In this document: piece by piece, positions 13,115-23,958 of the stretch
Layout: the number at the start of each line of letters is the position of its first letter
Position numbering within the stretch: the stretch's first letter is position 1
Origin: Mobula hypostoma
Taxonomy: Eukaryota
Assembly (NCBI RefSeq): GCF_963921235.1
Contig: NC_086097.1
Span: forward strand, 250,296,001 to 250,360,000
Direction: 5' to 3'
DNA length: 64,000 bases
Made by a program: the position numbers and the translations under genes
Notes under the pieces: model-generated
What the model saw: the letters and a program-made list of their open reading frames with translations, nothing else
The model's database searches: none
What the model was told of the DNA's origin: nothing

Positions 13115-13866
13115 CTGGAAGTAAACGGCTATGCGGCCATTCGGTAAACTGCTACTCAGTACTAGTTCTTAAAGTGATAATGCGAAACCAGTTCTTAAAG
13201 CGATAAATTCAAACACAGTTCTTGGAATGGTAAATTTTAAAGTCCAAGAGATTTATATAGACAATTAGGAGAGACTTTCATGAAGTAACGAATTCCTCGA
13301 AGACACGACGTCACTGCCACTCCCAGTCAGACCCAGTCTTGTCCACAGGATTCACGACGACAGGAATAGAACAGTTTTAAAGGCACTAACCTTCCTCCGT
13401 AGAATAGATCCTGCACAGCCTTTCTGCCACTTTTAGCAGAGGCTATCTCATGCAGATCACTCTTTCTTGAACGAATTCAATAATGGTCGATCCTTTCCAA
13501 ACCTGTTGAACGTTTCCTTCAGGGTCCCATCTTCACTCCAATGTTACTGAAAAGACACATTAACAAACCTGGCGGTGATTGGTTAAACTGCTGATCCAGA
13601 CTTCTATACCTTACATTAGAACATAAAACTCAGTTTAAAATTAAAACTGCATCATAATGCAAATAGGCAGCAGAGTGGAGTATCTCATTGACGTTCTAAC
13701 TGGAAAAATAACTGCGTCACCAGGGGTCTTCCCTTTTATACCCGTGGTGAACATGTCATCACGTGACCTCACATCGGTGGGAAAATTACATCAGGTGACC
13801 TCCAAAAGACCATTACATCATTCTCACAAGAAAGTCACAAGATCTCCTTGAGGTATGTAACATTGG

Positions 13867-14985
13867 GCTGAGTGGTTCTCTAATCTTGGCCATTTACTTG
13901 CAAACGTTTCATCACTGTGTGAGGAGGTGTCAGTGTACAGTTGATTATGGTGAGTCCTCCCAATGCTTGACCTTCATGTACTTTCCAATCGGTTGATTGG
14001 ATGTCATTTTGAAACTCTATTGTGATGTGGAGAGGAAATCTCGTCGCTGTTTGATTGCATGGTGAACTTCATGTGTTTGGAATCTTGCCTGCATCAGCTC
14101 ACAAATGGGATCGAGGTCCACGTGTTTGCAGAATTGTTTGTGGAAAGCCACCCTTCTAGGAATTCTCTTGCATGCTGTGCTGTTGCTTGCGCAATGACTT
14201 CCACTGATGTCCAATTGAAATTGTGCCCCTCTCGATCTCCATGCTTATAGAATAGAGGGAGTCGGTCGTGCCACCTTACAGCCAGTCGCTGTTCATGGAA
14301 CTTTGTGGAGCTTCATATGAAGATGTCAACGAGGTCGATAACGCACCAACCAAGAAATGACCTTTCATCTTGGAAGTGATGGCCCAGTGCTCCAAGAACA
14401 TAGAATTTCAGTCATGCACAAGCCAACAGCAATGTTGGGGAGAGTACTTTGTAGACCAAAACAGCGAACCAATGTGGTCTACAAAATTCAATGGGGGGCG
14501 GGGGGACTGCAACAAATATTACGTTGACTAAACTGTGAGAAAACTACCCACAAGGATCCATGAAAATCAGCTGGCTGCAAAACGGCATAACCAGCTCTCC
14601 CTGGTCTCTACCCATGAAGGTTGAGAGGGGCAAAAGCTCGACTGGGCGTCAGTGAAAGTCATAGCGCAAGCAAACAAGCGGCATGCAGGAGAATGCCAAG
14701 AGGCATGGTTTTCTGTAAACAAACATGTAGACCTCGATCCTATTTATGAGCCGAGGTGGGCAAAGTTACTGACACACAAAGTTCGCCACACAACCAGTCA
14801 GCGACGAAATTTCCTCCCCATATCACAACTGAATTTCTGAAATGACGACAGGTCAGCTGATTGATATATAAAGGCCAAGCGTTCGGAGGGTACACCACAA
14901 TCAACAGCACGCTGCAATGTCTCCTTGCATGGTGACGAAACATTGGCAAGTAAATTGCTAAGGTTGGAGAACAACTCAACCCAAC
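13867..14985. mobile_element. Inverted pair of Penelope 3' ends (minus ~13867-14250, plus ~14450-14985)
   Basis: Both halves encode ..AQA..RHA.E..EAW..NKHVDLDPI.E; the plus half has a GIY-YIG remnant and a decayed hammerhead (~14912-14945). Confidence 0.75.
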
Positions 14986-17578
14986 AATAAATACTGCTAC
15001 AAGTTACAATAAGAAATATAAAGTAAATAAAAAGTGCAAAAAGAGAGGAAAATAATGGGATGCTGTTCATGGATTCGTTGTCCATTCAGATATCTGATGA
15101 TGGAAGGGAAGAAGCTGTTTCCAAGGTGTTGAGTGTGTGTCTTCAGGCTTCTGTACCTCCTCCCTGATGGCAGCAATGAGAAGAGGGCATCTTCTCGATG
15201 GTGAGGGTTCATCGTGATAGATGCCCCCTTCTTGAGGCATCATCTTTTGAAAATGTCCTCAGTGATGGGGAGGCTAGTGCCCACGATGGAGGGAGTAGAC
15301 AGTGAGTGATATACACCCTCCTGATAGAGCCAGGCATCTGTCACTGTGCATTCTTCATCCAGTCAGTGAGTGGCTGAGAGCACTGACTGTACAGTGAGAG
15401 CTCAGGGAAACCGGCATCAAATTCCCTGTATGTGTCCACATACTTGGCGATAATAAAGGATTCTGATTCTGATAGAGGCCAGTTGTTGCATCCATATCCT
15501 TGTTCTAGAATGTAACAAGGAAGTGTATCCCTTGCCAGTCTGTTGGGTACGTTAGGCAATTTCTTCACACCTGCGATATATGCATGTGCAGGAGAATCCT
15601 TAGTGAATTGAATCTAGCCCCCCTTCATCTCCAAAATAATGAGCTTTAGAATCCAAGTGATTTTATCATCTGCAATAGAGTCATAGAAAATTACAGCCCA
15701 GAAACAGGGCTGAGTTCATGCTGAACTATAATGCTACCTAGTTCCATCAACCTACACCCAGACTTCAGCCGTCCATACCCCTCTCATCCATGTACTTATC
15801 CAAACTTTTCAAATGTTGAAATCAAACCAACATCCACCACTTGTGCTGGAAGCTCATTCCATACTCTCAACACCCTCTGAGTGAAGAAGTTGCCCTCATG
15901 TTCCCCTTAAACATTTCACCCTTAACCCATGACCTCTATTTGTAGTCTCACCCAACATGGGTGTGGAAAAAAAACCTGCTTGCATTTACCCTATCTATAT
16001 CCCTCATGATTTTGTAAACCTCCATCAAATCTTCTCTCACTCTCCTGCACTCGAGGGAATAAAGTTCTAACCTGTTCAAGGTAAATTTACAATCAAAGTA
16101 CCTTGAGATTCATTTTCCTGCAGACATTGACAGGGATATAAAGAAATAAAATAGAATTTATGCAAAGCTATGCATAAACAAAGACCGACAAACAACCAAT
16201 GTGCAGAAGAAGACAAACCGTACAAATAAATAAGTAAATAATACTGAGAACGTGAGTCCTTGAGAGTGAGTCTGTAGGTTGTGGAATCAGTTCAGTGTTG
16301 AGGTGAGCGAAGTTACCCATGTCGGTTCAGGAGCCGGATGGTTGAGGGGTAATAATTGTTCCTGAACCTGGTGGGAGTCCTTAGAATTCTGTACCTCCAG
16401 CCCGAAGAGAGCATGGTAGGGGCCCTTGATGGATGTTTCTCTCTTGTAGCAGCTCTCCGTGTAGATGTACTCAATGGTGGGGAGAGCTTTGCCAGTGATG
16501 GACTATACTGTATCCACTACATTTTGTGTTTTTGCTGTTCCTGGGTGTTGGTGTTCCCACACCAGGCCTTGACGCACCCAGTCAGGATGCTCTCCACCGT
16601 GCATCAGTTCTGTAGGTTTAGGAAAAGGAAGATGCCAGTAAGGTCGAGCCTGCAAGTTGGGCAACTTACTGAGCTAACATTGAATGCAGGCTGGAATTTA
16701 ATTTTCTCTCTTGCCTGCAAGATGGACAAGGGTGAGCAGCAATGTCCTCTCCAACCACTAATTGTACTGATTGAGTGTTTGTGGAGAAATATATTCTGGA
16801 CGCAAATAACATGTATGGTTTTGCACTTTGTTTGAAGGAATAAAAGCATAGACTATTTTCTAAGCAGGGAGTGAATTCAGAAATCAGAGGTGCAAAGGGA
16901 CCTGGGAGTCTTTGCGCAGGTTTCCCTAAAGCAGGGTTTTCACAGACCTCTTGGTTTATGATAAGGCTCCATGGCATAAAAAAGGTTAGGAACCCGTGCC
17001 CCTGCCCTAAAGGTTAATTTGCTGATTGAGTCGGTGGTGAGGAAGGCAAATGTGAAGTTAGCATTCATTTCGAAAGGTTTAGAATGTAAAAGCAAGGATG
17101 TAATGCTGAGGCTTTATAAGGCATTGGTCAGACTGCATTTGGATTATTGGGAGCAGTTTTGGGTCCGTTATTTAAGAAAAGACATGCTGGCATCTGAGAA
17201 GGTCCAGAGGAGGTTCATGAGATTGATCCTGGGAATGAAGGGTTTGATGACTCTGGGTCCATACTCACTGGAGTTTAGAAGAATGGGGGGGAGTAAGATC
17301 TCATTGAAACCTACCATATATTGAAAGGCCTAGACAGAGTGGATGTGGAAAGGATGTTTCCTACGGTGGGGGAGTCCTAGACTTCTCCCAGAATAGAAGG
17401 ATGTTGCTTACTGGGAACTCTCGTGAACAGGGGCACCACGTTGAAACTGACCATTATGTCCTCCGGGTTCCGCTGGATTTTGGTTATTGTTTTCACGAAG
17501 TCAGTTGAATTCGTGATGTGATGCACACAGCCCCCAACAAAGGGAGACAGCATGGTCATTAAATGCTTAGTGAGGTAG

Positions 17579-18420
17579 TCGAGATGCAGCTCCTAAGGGA
17601 CCGCGTTACGGAACTGGAGCTGCAGCTCGATGACCTTCGTCTGGTCAGGGAGAGCGAGGAGGTGATAGAGAGGAGTTACAGGCAGGTGGTCACGCCGGGG
17701 CCACGGGAGGCAGACAAGTGGGTCACGGTTAGGAGGGGGAAGGGGAAGAGTCAGGTGATGGGGAGTACCCCGGCGGCTGTGCCCCTTAACAACAGGTACT
17801 CCTGTTTGAGTACTGTTGGGGGGGACAGCTTACCCGGGGGAAGCGACAGTGGCCCTGCCTCCGGCACAGAGTCTGGCCCTGTAGCTCAGAAGGGTAGGGC
17901 AAGGAAGAGGAGGGCAGTTGTGATAGGGGACTCGATAGTAAGGGGGTCAGATAGGCGATTCTGTGGACGCAGTCCAGAGACTCGGATGGTAGTTTGCCTC
18001 CCTGGTGCCAGGGTCCGGGATATTTCTGATCGTGTCCAAGATATCCTGAAGTGGGAGGGTGAAGAGCCAGAGGTCCTGGTACATATAGGTACCAATGACA
18101 TAGGTAGGAAAAGGGATGAGGTCCTGAAAGAAGAATATAGGGAGCTAGGAAGGGAGTTGAGAAAAAGGACCGCAAAGGTAGTAATCTCGGGATTACTGCC
18201 TGTGCCACGCGACAGTGAGAGTAGGAATGCGATGAGGTGGAGGATAAATGCGTGGCTGAGGGATTGGAGCAGGGGGCAGGGATTCAAGTTTTTGGATCAT
18301 TGGGACCTCTTTTGGCGCAGGTGTGACCTGTACAAAAAGGACGGGTTACACTTAAATCCTCGGGGGACCAATATCCTGGCAGGGAGATTAGCGGGGGCTA
18401 CTGAGGTGACTTTAAACTAG
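17579..18420 (+). CDS. CR1 ORF1 (coiled coil plus SGNH esterase), lacking its N-terminus
   Basis: ORF track 17563-18420. The leading codons come from flanking Penelope DNA; the N-terminal zinc-finger region usual in this ORF1 type is absent. Confidence 0.85.
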
Positions 18421-21400
18421 AATGGTTGGGGGGTGGGAATCAAATTAAAGCGGCTAGGTGTGAGGAGGTTAGTTCACAACAGAGGGATGGGAACCAGTGC
18501 AGAGAGACAGAGGGGTGTAAAGTGAGCGTAGAAGCAAAAAGTACAAAGGGGAAAAGTAAAAGTGGCAGGCCGACAAATCCAGGGCAAGCATTAAAAAGAG
18601 CTAAGAGAGTTGTAAAAGAGTGCCTGAAGGCTTTATGTGTCAATGCAAGGAGCATTCGTAATAAGGTGGATGAATTGAAAGTGCAGATTGTTATTAATGA
18701 TTATGATATAGTTGGGATCACAGAGACATGGCTCCAGGGTGACCAGGGATGGGAGCTCAACGTTCAGGGATATTCAATATTCAGGAGGGATAGACACGAA
18801 GGAAGGGGAGGTGGGGTGGCGTTGCTGGTTAAAAAAGAGATTAACGCAATAGAAAGGAAGGACATAAGCCGGGAAGATGTGGAATCGATATGGGTAGAGC
18901 TGTGTAACACTAAGGGGCAGAAGACGCTGGTGGGAGTTGTGTACAGGCCACCTAACAGTAGTAGTGAGGTCGGAGATGGTATTAAACAGGAAATTAGAAA
19001 TGTGTGCAATAAAGGAACAGCAGTTATAATGGGTGACTTCAATCTACATGTAGACTGGGTGAACCAAATTGGTAAAGGTGCTGAGGAAGAGGATTTCTTG
19101 GAATGTATGCGGGATGGTTTTTTGAACCAACATGTCGAGGAACCGACTAGAGAGCAGGCTATTCTGGACTGGGTTTTGAGCAATGAGGAAGGGTTAATTA
19201 GCGATCTTGTCGTGAGAGGCCCCTTGGGTAAGAGTGACCATAATATGGTGGAATTCTTCATTAACATGGAGAGTGACGTAGTTAATTCAGAAACAAAGGT
19301 TCTGAACTTAAAGAGGGGTAACTTTGAAGGTATGAGACATGAATTAGCTAAGATAGACTGGCAAATGACACTTCAAGGATTGACGGTGGATATGCAATGG
19401 CAGGCATTTAAAGGTTGCATGGATGAACTACAACAATTGTTCATCCCAGTTTGGCAAAAGAATAAATCAAGGAAGGTAGTGCACCCGTGGCTGACAAGAG
19501 AAATTAGGGATAGTATCAATTCCAAAGAAGTAGCATACAAATTAGCCAGAGAAAGTGGCTCACCTGAGGACTGGGAGAAATTCAGAGTTCAGCAGAGGAG
19601 GACAAAGGGCTTAATTAGGAAGGGGAAAAAAGATTATGAGAGAAAACTGGCAGAGAACATAAAAACGGACTGTAAAAGCTTTTATAGATATGTAAAAAGG
19701 AAAAGACTGATAAAGACAAATGTAGGTCCCCTGCAAACAGAAACAGGTGAATTGATTATGGGGAGCAAGGACATGGCAGACCAATTGAATAATTACTTTG
19801 GTTCTGTCTTCACTAAGGAGGACATAAATAATCTTCCAGAAATAGTAAGGAACAGAGGGTCCAGTGAGATGGAGGAACTGAGCGAAATACGTGTTAGTAG
19901 GGAAGTGGTGTTAGGTAAATTGAAGGGATTGAAGGCAGATAAATCCCCAGGGCCAGATGGTCTGCATCCCAGAGTGCTTAAGGAAGTGGCCCAAGAAATA
20001 GTGGATGCATTAGTGATAATTTTTCAAAACTCGTTAGATTCTGGACTAGTTCCTGAGGATTGGAGGGTGGCTAATGTAACCCCACTTTTTAAAAAAGGAG
20101 GGAGAGAGAAACCGGGGAATTATAGGCCGGTTAGCCTAACGTCGGTGGTGGGGAAACTGCTGGAGTCAGTTATCAAGGATGTGATAACAGCACATTTGGA
20201 AAGCGGTGAAATGATCGGACAAAGTCAGCATGGATTTGTGAAAGGAAAATCATGTCTGACGAATCTCATAGAATTTTTTGAGGATGTAACTAGTAGAGTG
20301 GATAGGGGAGAACCAGTGGATGTGGTATATTTGGATTTTCAAAAGGCTTTTGACAAGGTCCCACATAGGAGATTAGTGTGCAAACTTAAAGCACACGGTA
20401 TTGGGGGTAAGGTATTGGTGTGGGTGGAGAATTGGTTAGCAGACAGGAAGCAAAGAGTGGGAATAAACGGGACCTTTTCAGAATGGCAGGCGGTGACTAG
20501 TGGGGTACCGCAAGGCTCAGTGCTGGGACCCCAGTTGTTTACAATATATATTAATGACTTGGATGAGGGAATTAAATGCAGCATCTCCAAGTTTGCGGAT
20601 GACACGAAGCTGGGTGGCAGTGTTAGCAGTGAGGAGGATGCTAAGAGGATGCAGGGTGACTTGGATAGGTTGGGTGAGTGGGCAAACTCATGGCAGATGC
20701 AATTTAATGTGGATAAATGTGAAGTTATCCACTTTGGTGGCAAAAATAGGAAAACAGATTATTATCTGAATGGTGGCCGATTAGGAAAAGGGGAGGTGCA
20801 ACGAGACCTGGGTGTCATTATACACCAGTCATTGAAAGTGGGCATGCAGGTACAGCAGGCGGTGAAAAAGGCGAACGGTATGCTGGCATTTATAGCGAGA
20901 GGATTCGAGTACAGGAGCAGGGAGGTACTACTGCAGTTGTACAAGGCCTTGGTGAGACCACACCTGGAGTATTGTGTGCAGTTTTGGTCCCCTAATCTGA
21001 GGAAAGACATCTTTGCCATAGAGGGAGTACAAAGAAGGTTCACCAGATTGATTCCTGGGATGGCAGGTCTTTCATATGAAGAAAGACTGGATGAACTGGG
21101 CTTGTACTCGTTGGAATTTAGAAGATTGAGGGGGGATCTGATTGAAACGTATAAGATCCTAAAGGGATTGGACAGGCTAGATGCAGGAAGATTGTTCCCG
21201 ATGTTGGGGAGGTCTAGAACGAGGGGTCACAGTTTGAGGATAGAGGGGAAGCCTTTTAGGACCGAGGTTAGGAAAAACTTCTTCACACAGAGAGTGGTGA
21301 ATCTGTGGAATTCTCTGCCACAGCAAACTGTTGAGGCCAGTTCATTAGCTATGTTTAAAAGGAAGTTAGATATGGCCCTTGTGGCTACAGGGGTCAGGGG

Positions 21401-21425
21401 GTATGGAGGGAAGGCTGGGTTCTGA
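18411..21425 (+). CDS. CR1 ORF2: APE endonuclease plus reverse transcriptase, ~1000 uninterrupted codons
   Basis: Motifs NARS, ITETW, YRPP, GDFN, SDH, PGPDG, YRPVSLTS, LDFQKAFD, GVPQGSVLGP, FADD, RDLG. Frame is open from 18405; first ATG is at 19029. Confidence 0.95.
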   Translation, partial: FKLEWLGGGNQIKAARCEEVSSQQRDGNQCRETEGCKVSVEAKSTKGKSKSGRPTNPGQALKRAKRVVKECLKALCVNARSIRNKVDELKVQIVINDYDIVGITETWLQGDQGWELNVQGYSIFRRDRHEGRGGGVALLVKKEINAIERKDISREDVESIWVELCNTKGQKTLVGVVYRPPNSSSEVGDGIKQEIRNVCNKGTAVIMGDFNLHVDWVNQIGKGAEEEDFLECMRDGFLNQHVEEPTREQAILDWVLSNEEGLISDLVVRGPLGKSDHNMVEFFINMESDVVNSETKVLNLKRGNFEGMRHELAKIDWQMTLQGLTVDMQWQAFKGCMDELQQLFIPVWQKNKSRKVVHPWLTREIRDSINSKEVAYKLARESGSPEDWEKFRVQQRRTKGLIRKGKKDYERKLAENIKTDCKSFYRYVKRKRLIKTNVGPLQTETGELIMGSKDMADQLNNYFGSVFTKEDINNLPEIVRNRGSSEMEELSEIRVSREVVLGKLKGLKADKSPGPDGLHPRVLKEVAQEIVDALVIIFQNSLDSGLVPEDWRVANVTPLFKKGGREKPGNYRPVSLTSVVGKLLESVIKDVITAHLESGEMIGQSQHGFVKGKSCLTNLIEFFEDVTSRVDRGEPVDVVYLDFQKAFDKVPHRRLVCKLKAHGIGGKVLVWVENWLADRKQRVGINGTFSEWQAVTSGVPQGSVLGPQLFTIYINDLDEGIKCSISKFADDTKLGGSVSSEEDAKRMQGDLDRLGEWANSWQMQFNVDKCEVIHFGGKNRKTDYYLNGGRLGKGEVQRDLGVIIHQSLKVGMQVQQAVKKANGMLAFIARGFEYRSREVLLQLYKALVRPHLEYCVQFWSPNLRKDIFAIEGVQRRFTRLIPGMAGLSYEERLDELGLYSLEFRRLRGDLIETYKILKGLDRLDAGRLFPMLGRSRTRGHSLRIEGKPFRTEVRKNFFTQRVVNLWNSLPQQTVEASSLAMFKRKLDMALVATGVRGYGGKAGF

Positions 21426-21979
21426 GTTGGATGATCAGCCATGATCATAATAAATGGCGGTGCAGGCTCGAAGGGCCGAATGGCCTACTCCTGCACCTAT
21501 TTTCTATGTTTCTATGTTTCTATGTAGCAAGTTGGAGAATCTATCCCAGTGATGATAGGCCTCAGGGGGACCCTCGTTGTGCATCTTAGGGCTGACGGAG
21601 AAACCAGGAAACCTAACAACGAGGAGGAACCTGTTGCTACAGACCGTCTTCCCTAAATTTCCACGGTTTCTGGAAGGATTGTCAGGATCGTAACGAACTA
21701 CCAGGTTAATACCATCCACAAACCCGTAAGGAAGCTCAAATCACAGCTTATGTGGGTCAAAGATGACCTGGGCCTCCGGTCGGCTGGCGATTTCAGGGTT
21801 CCCTGTGAATACGGGCAGTGTAAATCGTCCAGACTGGACGCGCGGTGGAAACCCACATCAAGGAGCACAGGAGCTGTATCAGTTACCTGGAGAAATCAGC
21901 GGTAGCAGAAACTCTGCATTCGCTATGGCCGTAGGATTAACTTCAACAGCACAAAACTACTGTGTCGCACCAATGGCAT

Positions 21980-22568
21980 TTTCACTTCTGGCCGTTGCTG
22001 TCCTCTCCAAGCCTGAATGCTTGAAACCACCGTGTGTAAAAGTTCTGAATTGTCTTACTGCTTATTTCTTGCCAACTGTCGGTGATGAAAATCACTGTTT
22101 TTTGAACACGAACACAAGCAACTGACACTAGTTAAAAACTGTTCGCTGTCAGCATGGTGTAGTGTCCGGTGCCCACCCAAGTCCATGCAGCTGAAGCTAG
22201 TTAAAAACTGTCCAGCAGCAGTCCTCTGTCCCAATTAAGCAGCTGTCCCTATTTCTTTAAGAGATGTCCCAAGTAAACAGCTGTCCCTATTAACTGATTG
22301 TTGTGTATTTAATATTTCAGTAATATTTGAATAATCTTGTATGTTTGTTGTTTGATTAAGCATTCTTGTTTGGTTAAATAATTCATTATGGGTTACATAT
22401 CTAAATATGAGAATTGTACACATCATCACACTACCATGTGATATGCATGCACACCATACTTGAAGTAAACTCAAGGTTAGACTCACATTTCAGTCTCCAT
22501 GTCTTCCTTTGAATTAGTTTAATGTTTTGAAGTGACAAAGCATTGGCCCAATTAACTGGAATCCGCTG
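21980..22568. mobile_element. Tc1/mariner (Tigger-like) DNA transposon remnant ending in a TIR plus TA
   Basis: TIR CCAATTAACTGGAATCCGCTG|TA, the same end as at 53861 and 55572. Confidence 0.6.
22299..22542. mobile_element. Short LTR-like insert inside a Tigger-type transposon end
   Basis: TG...CA ends; interrupts ...CCTATTAACTGAT^TGGCCCAATTAACTGGAATCCGCTG. Confidence 0.5.
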
Positions 22569-22590
22569 TATCTTTTTCTCAAAATTTCAG

Positions 22591-22761
22591 AGTAACGATG
22601 AGGATCCAAAGTGGATTGAGGACCTGATGAAGTTACACACAGCACGTGTACGTGATATCGAGCATCTGACGGGTTTAGACTTGTACCGCAAGACCAGCAG
22701 AGCCTACCCCGAAATCCTCTCCTTAAAGACATTCCTACAGACATTTGAAAGTGAAATCTAA
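22591..22761 (+). CDS. ENPP2: ENPP2 terminal coding exon to TAA stop
   Basis: TTTCAG acceptor. Encodes [56 protein letters not shown], the characteristic autotaxin C-terminus ending ESEI. Confidence 0.96.
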   Translation, partial: SNDEDPKWIEDLMKLHTARVRDIEHLTGLDLYRKTSRAYPEILSLKTFLQTFESEI

Positions 22762-23275
22762 AAGCTCTTTATTTGTCTTGCAATACATCTTTTATTTACA
22801 GGTGTATATTTTTGATACTGTTTGTTTTTGTATTTATTAATTCAAAACCAGAATATTTTAAAAGCGGCTTCTTTAAAGCTTTTAAAATAACACGCATGTG
22901 CCTTTATCTCCTTCCCTCTCGATATTTAGTTATTTGAGTGCTGTTTGTGTTGTACTATTGCGGTGTCTGTCTTTGCCTAATATTAGGACTAGTCTGCAGC
23001 GATTTATAAACTTACAAATTGAACAAAATTCCAAGATTATTCAATGCATTGTTCTATAATTCAGTCTCGTGTATCAGAGGTGTGATATGTAAAACTATAT
23101 ATCCTTCACTATTACTGTGGTGTAGACTTGTATTTATAATTTACTTACGTTCTGAAAGTATAATAAATGGCAACATTTGTGCTTTGATTTGGGGTGGGGG
23201 TGGGGGAAGATGATTTACCTGCTGTAAAATGTACTAAATGCAAAATAAAGAAGCTTCTCCTTACAATTTTCTTTA
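22762..23275 (+). other. ENPP2: ENPP2 3' UTR with polyadenylation signals
   Basis: AT-rich, repeat-free stretch after the stop; AATAAA at 23162-23167 and 23244-23249. Confidence 0.7.
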
Positions 23276-23651
23276 CATAATGTAGAGACTCACTCAACTG
23301 AAATGAGGTGTGTGACCTGAGAGATCAAAAGGGGTATAAGAGCCAAGATTAGTATCGTAGCTGTTTTTGGAAGGGATGAAGAGGTTGTTGGAATATCAAA
23401 CAATACAGCACAGTACAGGACCTTCGGCCCAACAATGTTCTGCTGACCCTTTTTCACCTACTTTAAGATCAATTTAATCCTTCCCTCCTACATAGCCCTC
23501 TTTTTTATCATTCATGTTACCATCTATGAGTTTCTTAAATGCCCCTAATGTATCTGACTCTACCGCCACCCCGATATACACCCACCACTCTGTGCAAAGA
23601 ACTTACCTCTGACATCTTCCCAATAACCTAAAATTATGCCCCTTAATTTAA

Positions 23652-23958
23652 AGGCATCCGTTAGTCTTGCGAGACCATGGATCTGCGCCTGGAAAGTCTT
23701 CACGCTCCAGGGCGCAGGCCTGGGCAAGGTTGCATGGAAGACCAGCAGTTGCCCATGCTGCAAGTCTCCCCTCTCCACGACACCGATGTTGTCCAAGGGA
23801 AGGGCATTAGGACCCATACAGCTTGGCACCGGTGTCGTCGCAGAGCAATGTGTGATTAAGTGCCTTGCTCAAGGACACAACAGGTTCCCTCAGCTGGGGC
23901 TCGAACTCACGACCTTCAGGTCGCTAGTCCAATGCCTTAACTACTTGGCCACGTGCCC
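23652..23958 (-). mobile_element. tRNA-derived SINE; second copy at ~28416-28710 (+)
   Basis: A box TGGCCAAGTAGTTAAGG, B box GAGTTCGAGCC, body GTGTCCTTGAGCAAGGCACTTAA. Confidence 0.8.

Larger units (their letters stand above)
12841..13862. mobile_element. Solo LTR (Gypsy-like)
   Basis: TGTCACGTA...TATGTAACA termini; 4-bp TSD TTGG (12837-12840, 13863-13866). Confidence 0.8.
17579..21525 (+). mobile_element. Young, 5'-truncated CR1 LINE with truncated ORF1, intact ORF2 and 3' (TTTCTATG)n tail, in the last ENPP2 intron
   Basis: ORF1 has an SGNH/GDSL esterase (VIGDSIV, HIGTND, DGLH); ORF2 has APE and RT (FADD). Microsatellite tail at 21501-21525; GTAG repeated at both junctions (17575-17578, 21524-21527). 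Confidence 0.95.
17412..21975. mobile_element. Penelope-like element fragment split by the young CR1, with internal inversion
   Basis: Minus strand at 21587-21528 and 17578-17412 reads KMHNEG..LRPIITGIDSPTC|YLTKHLMTMLSPFVGGCVHHITNSTDFVK..MVSFNVVPLFTRVP (PLE RT). Plus strand at ~21590-21975 reads IHKPVRKLKSQLM..KDDLG..RVPCE (linker/GIY-YIG). Confidence 0.8.

Noticed and set aside
17563..17578. ATG at 17563 as the native CR1 ORF1 start
   Set aside because: It belongs to the flanking Penelope sequence, outside the insertion junction.
18426..18428. ORF-track Met start of ORF2
   Set aside because: The codon is TTG, not ATG, and the frame opens earlier at 18405.
23880..23958. tRNA gene
   Set aside because: tRNA-like head of a SINE, continuous with the SINE body and repeated at ~28416.
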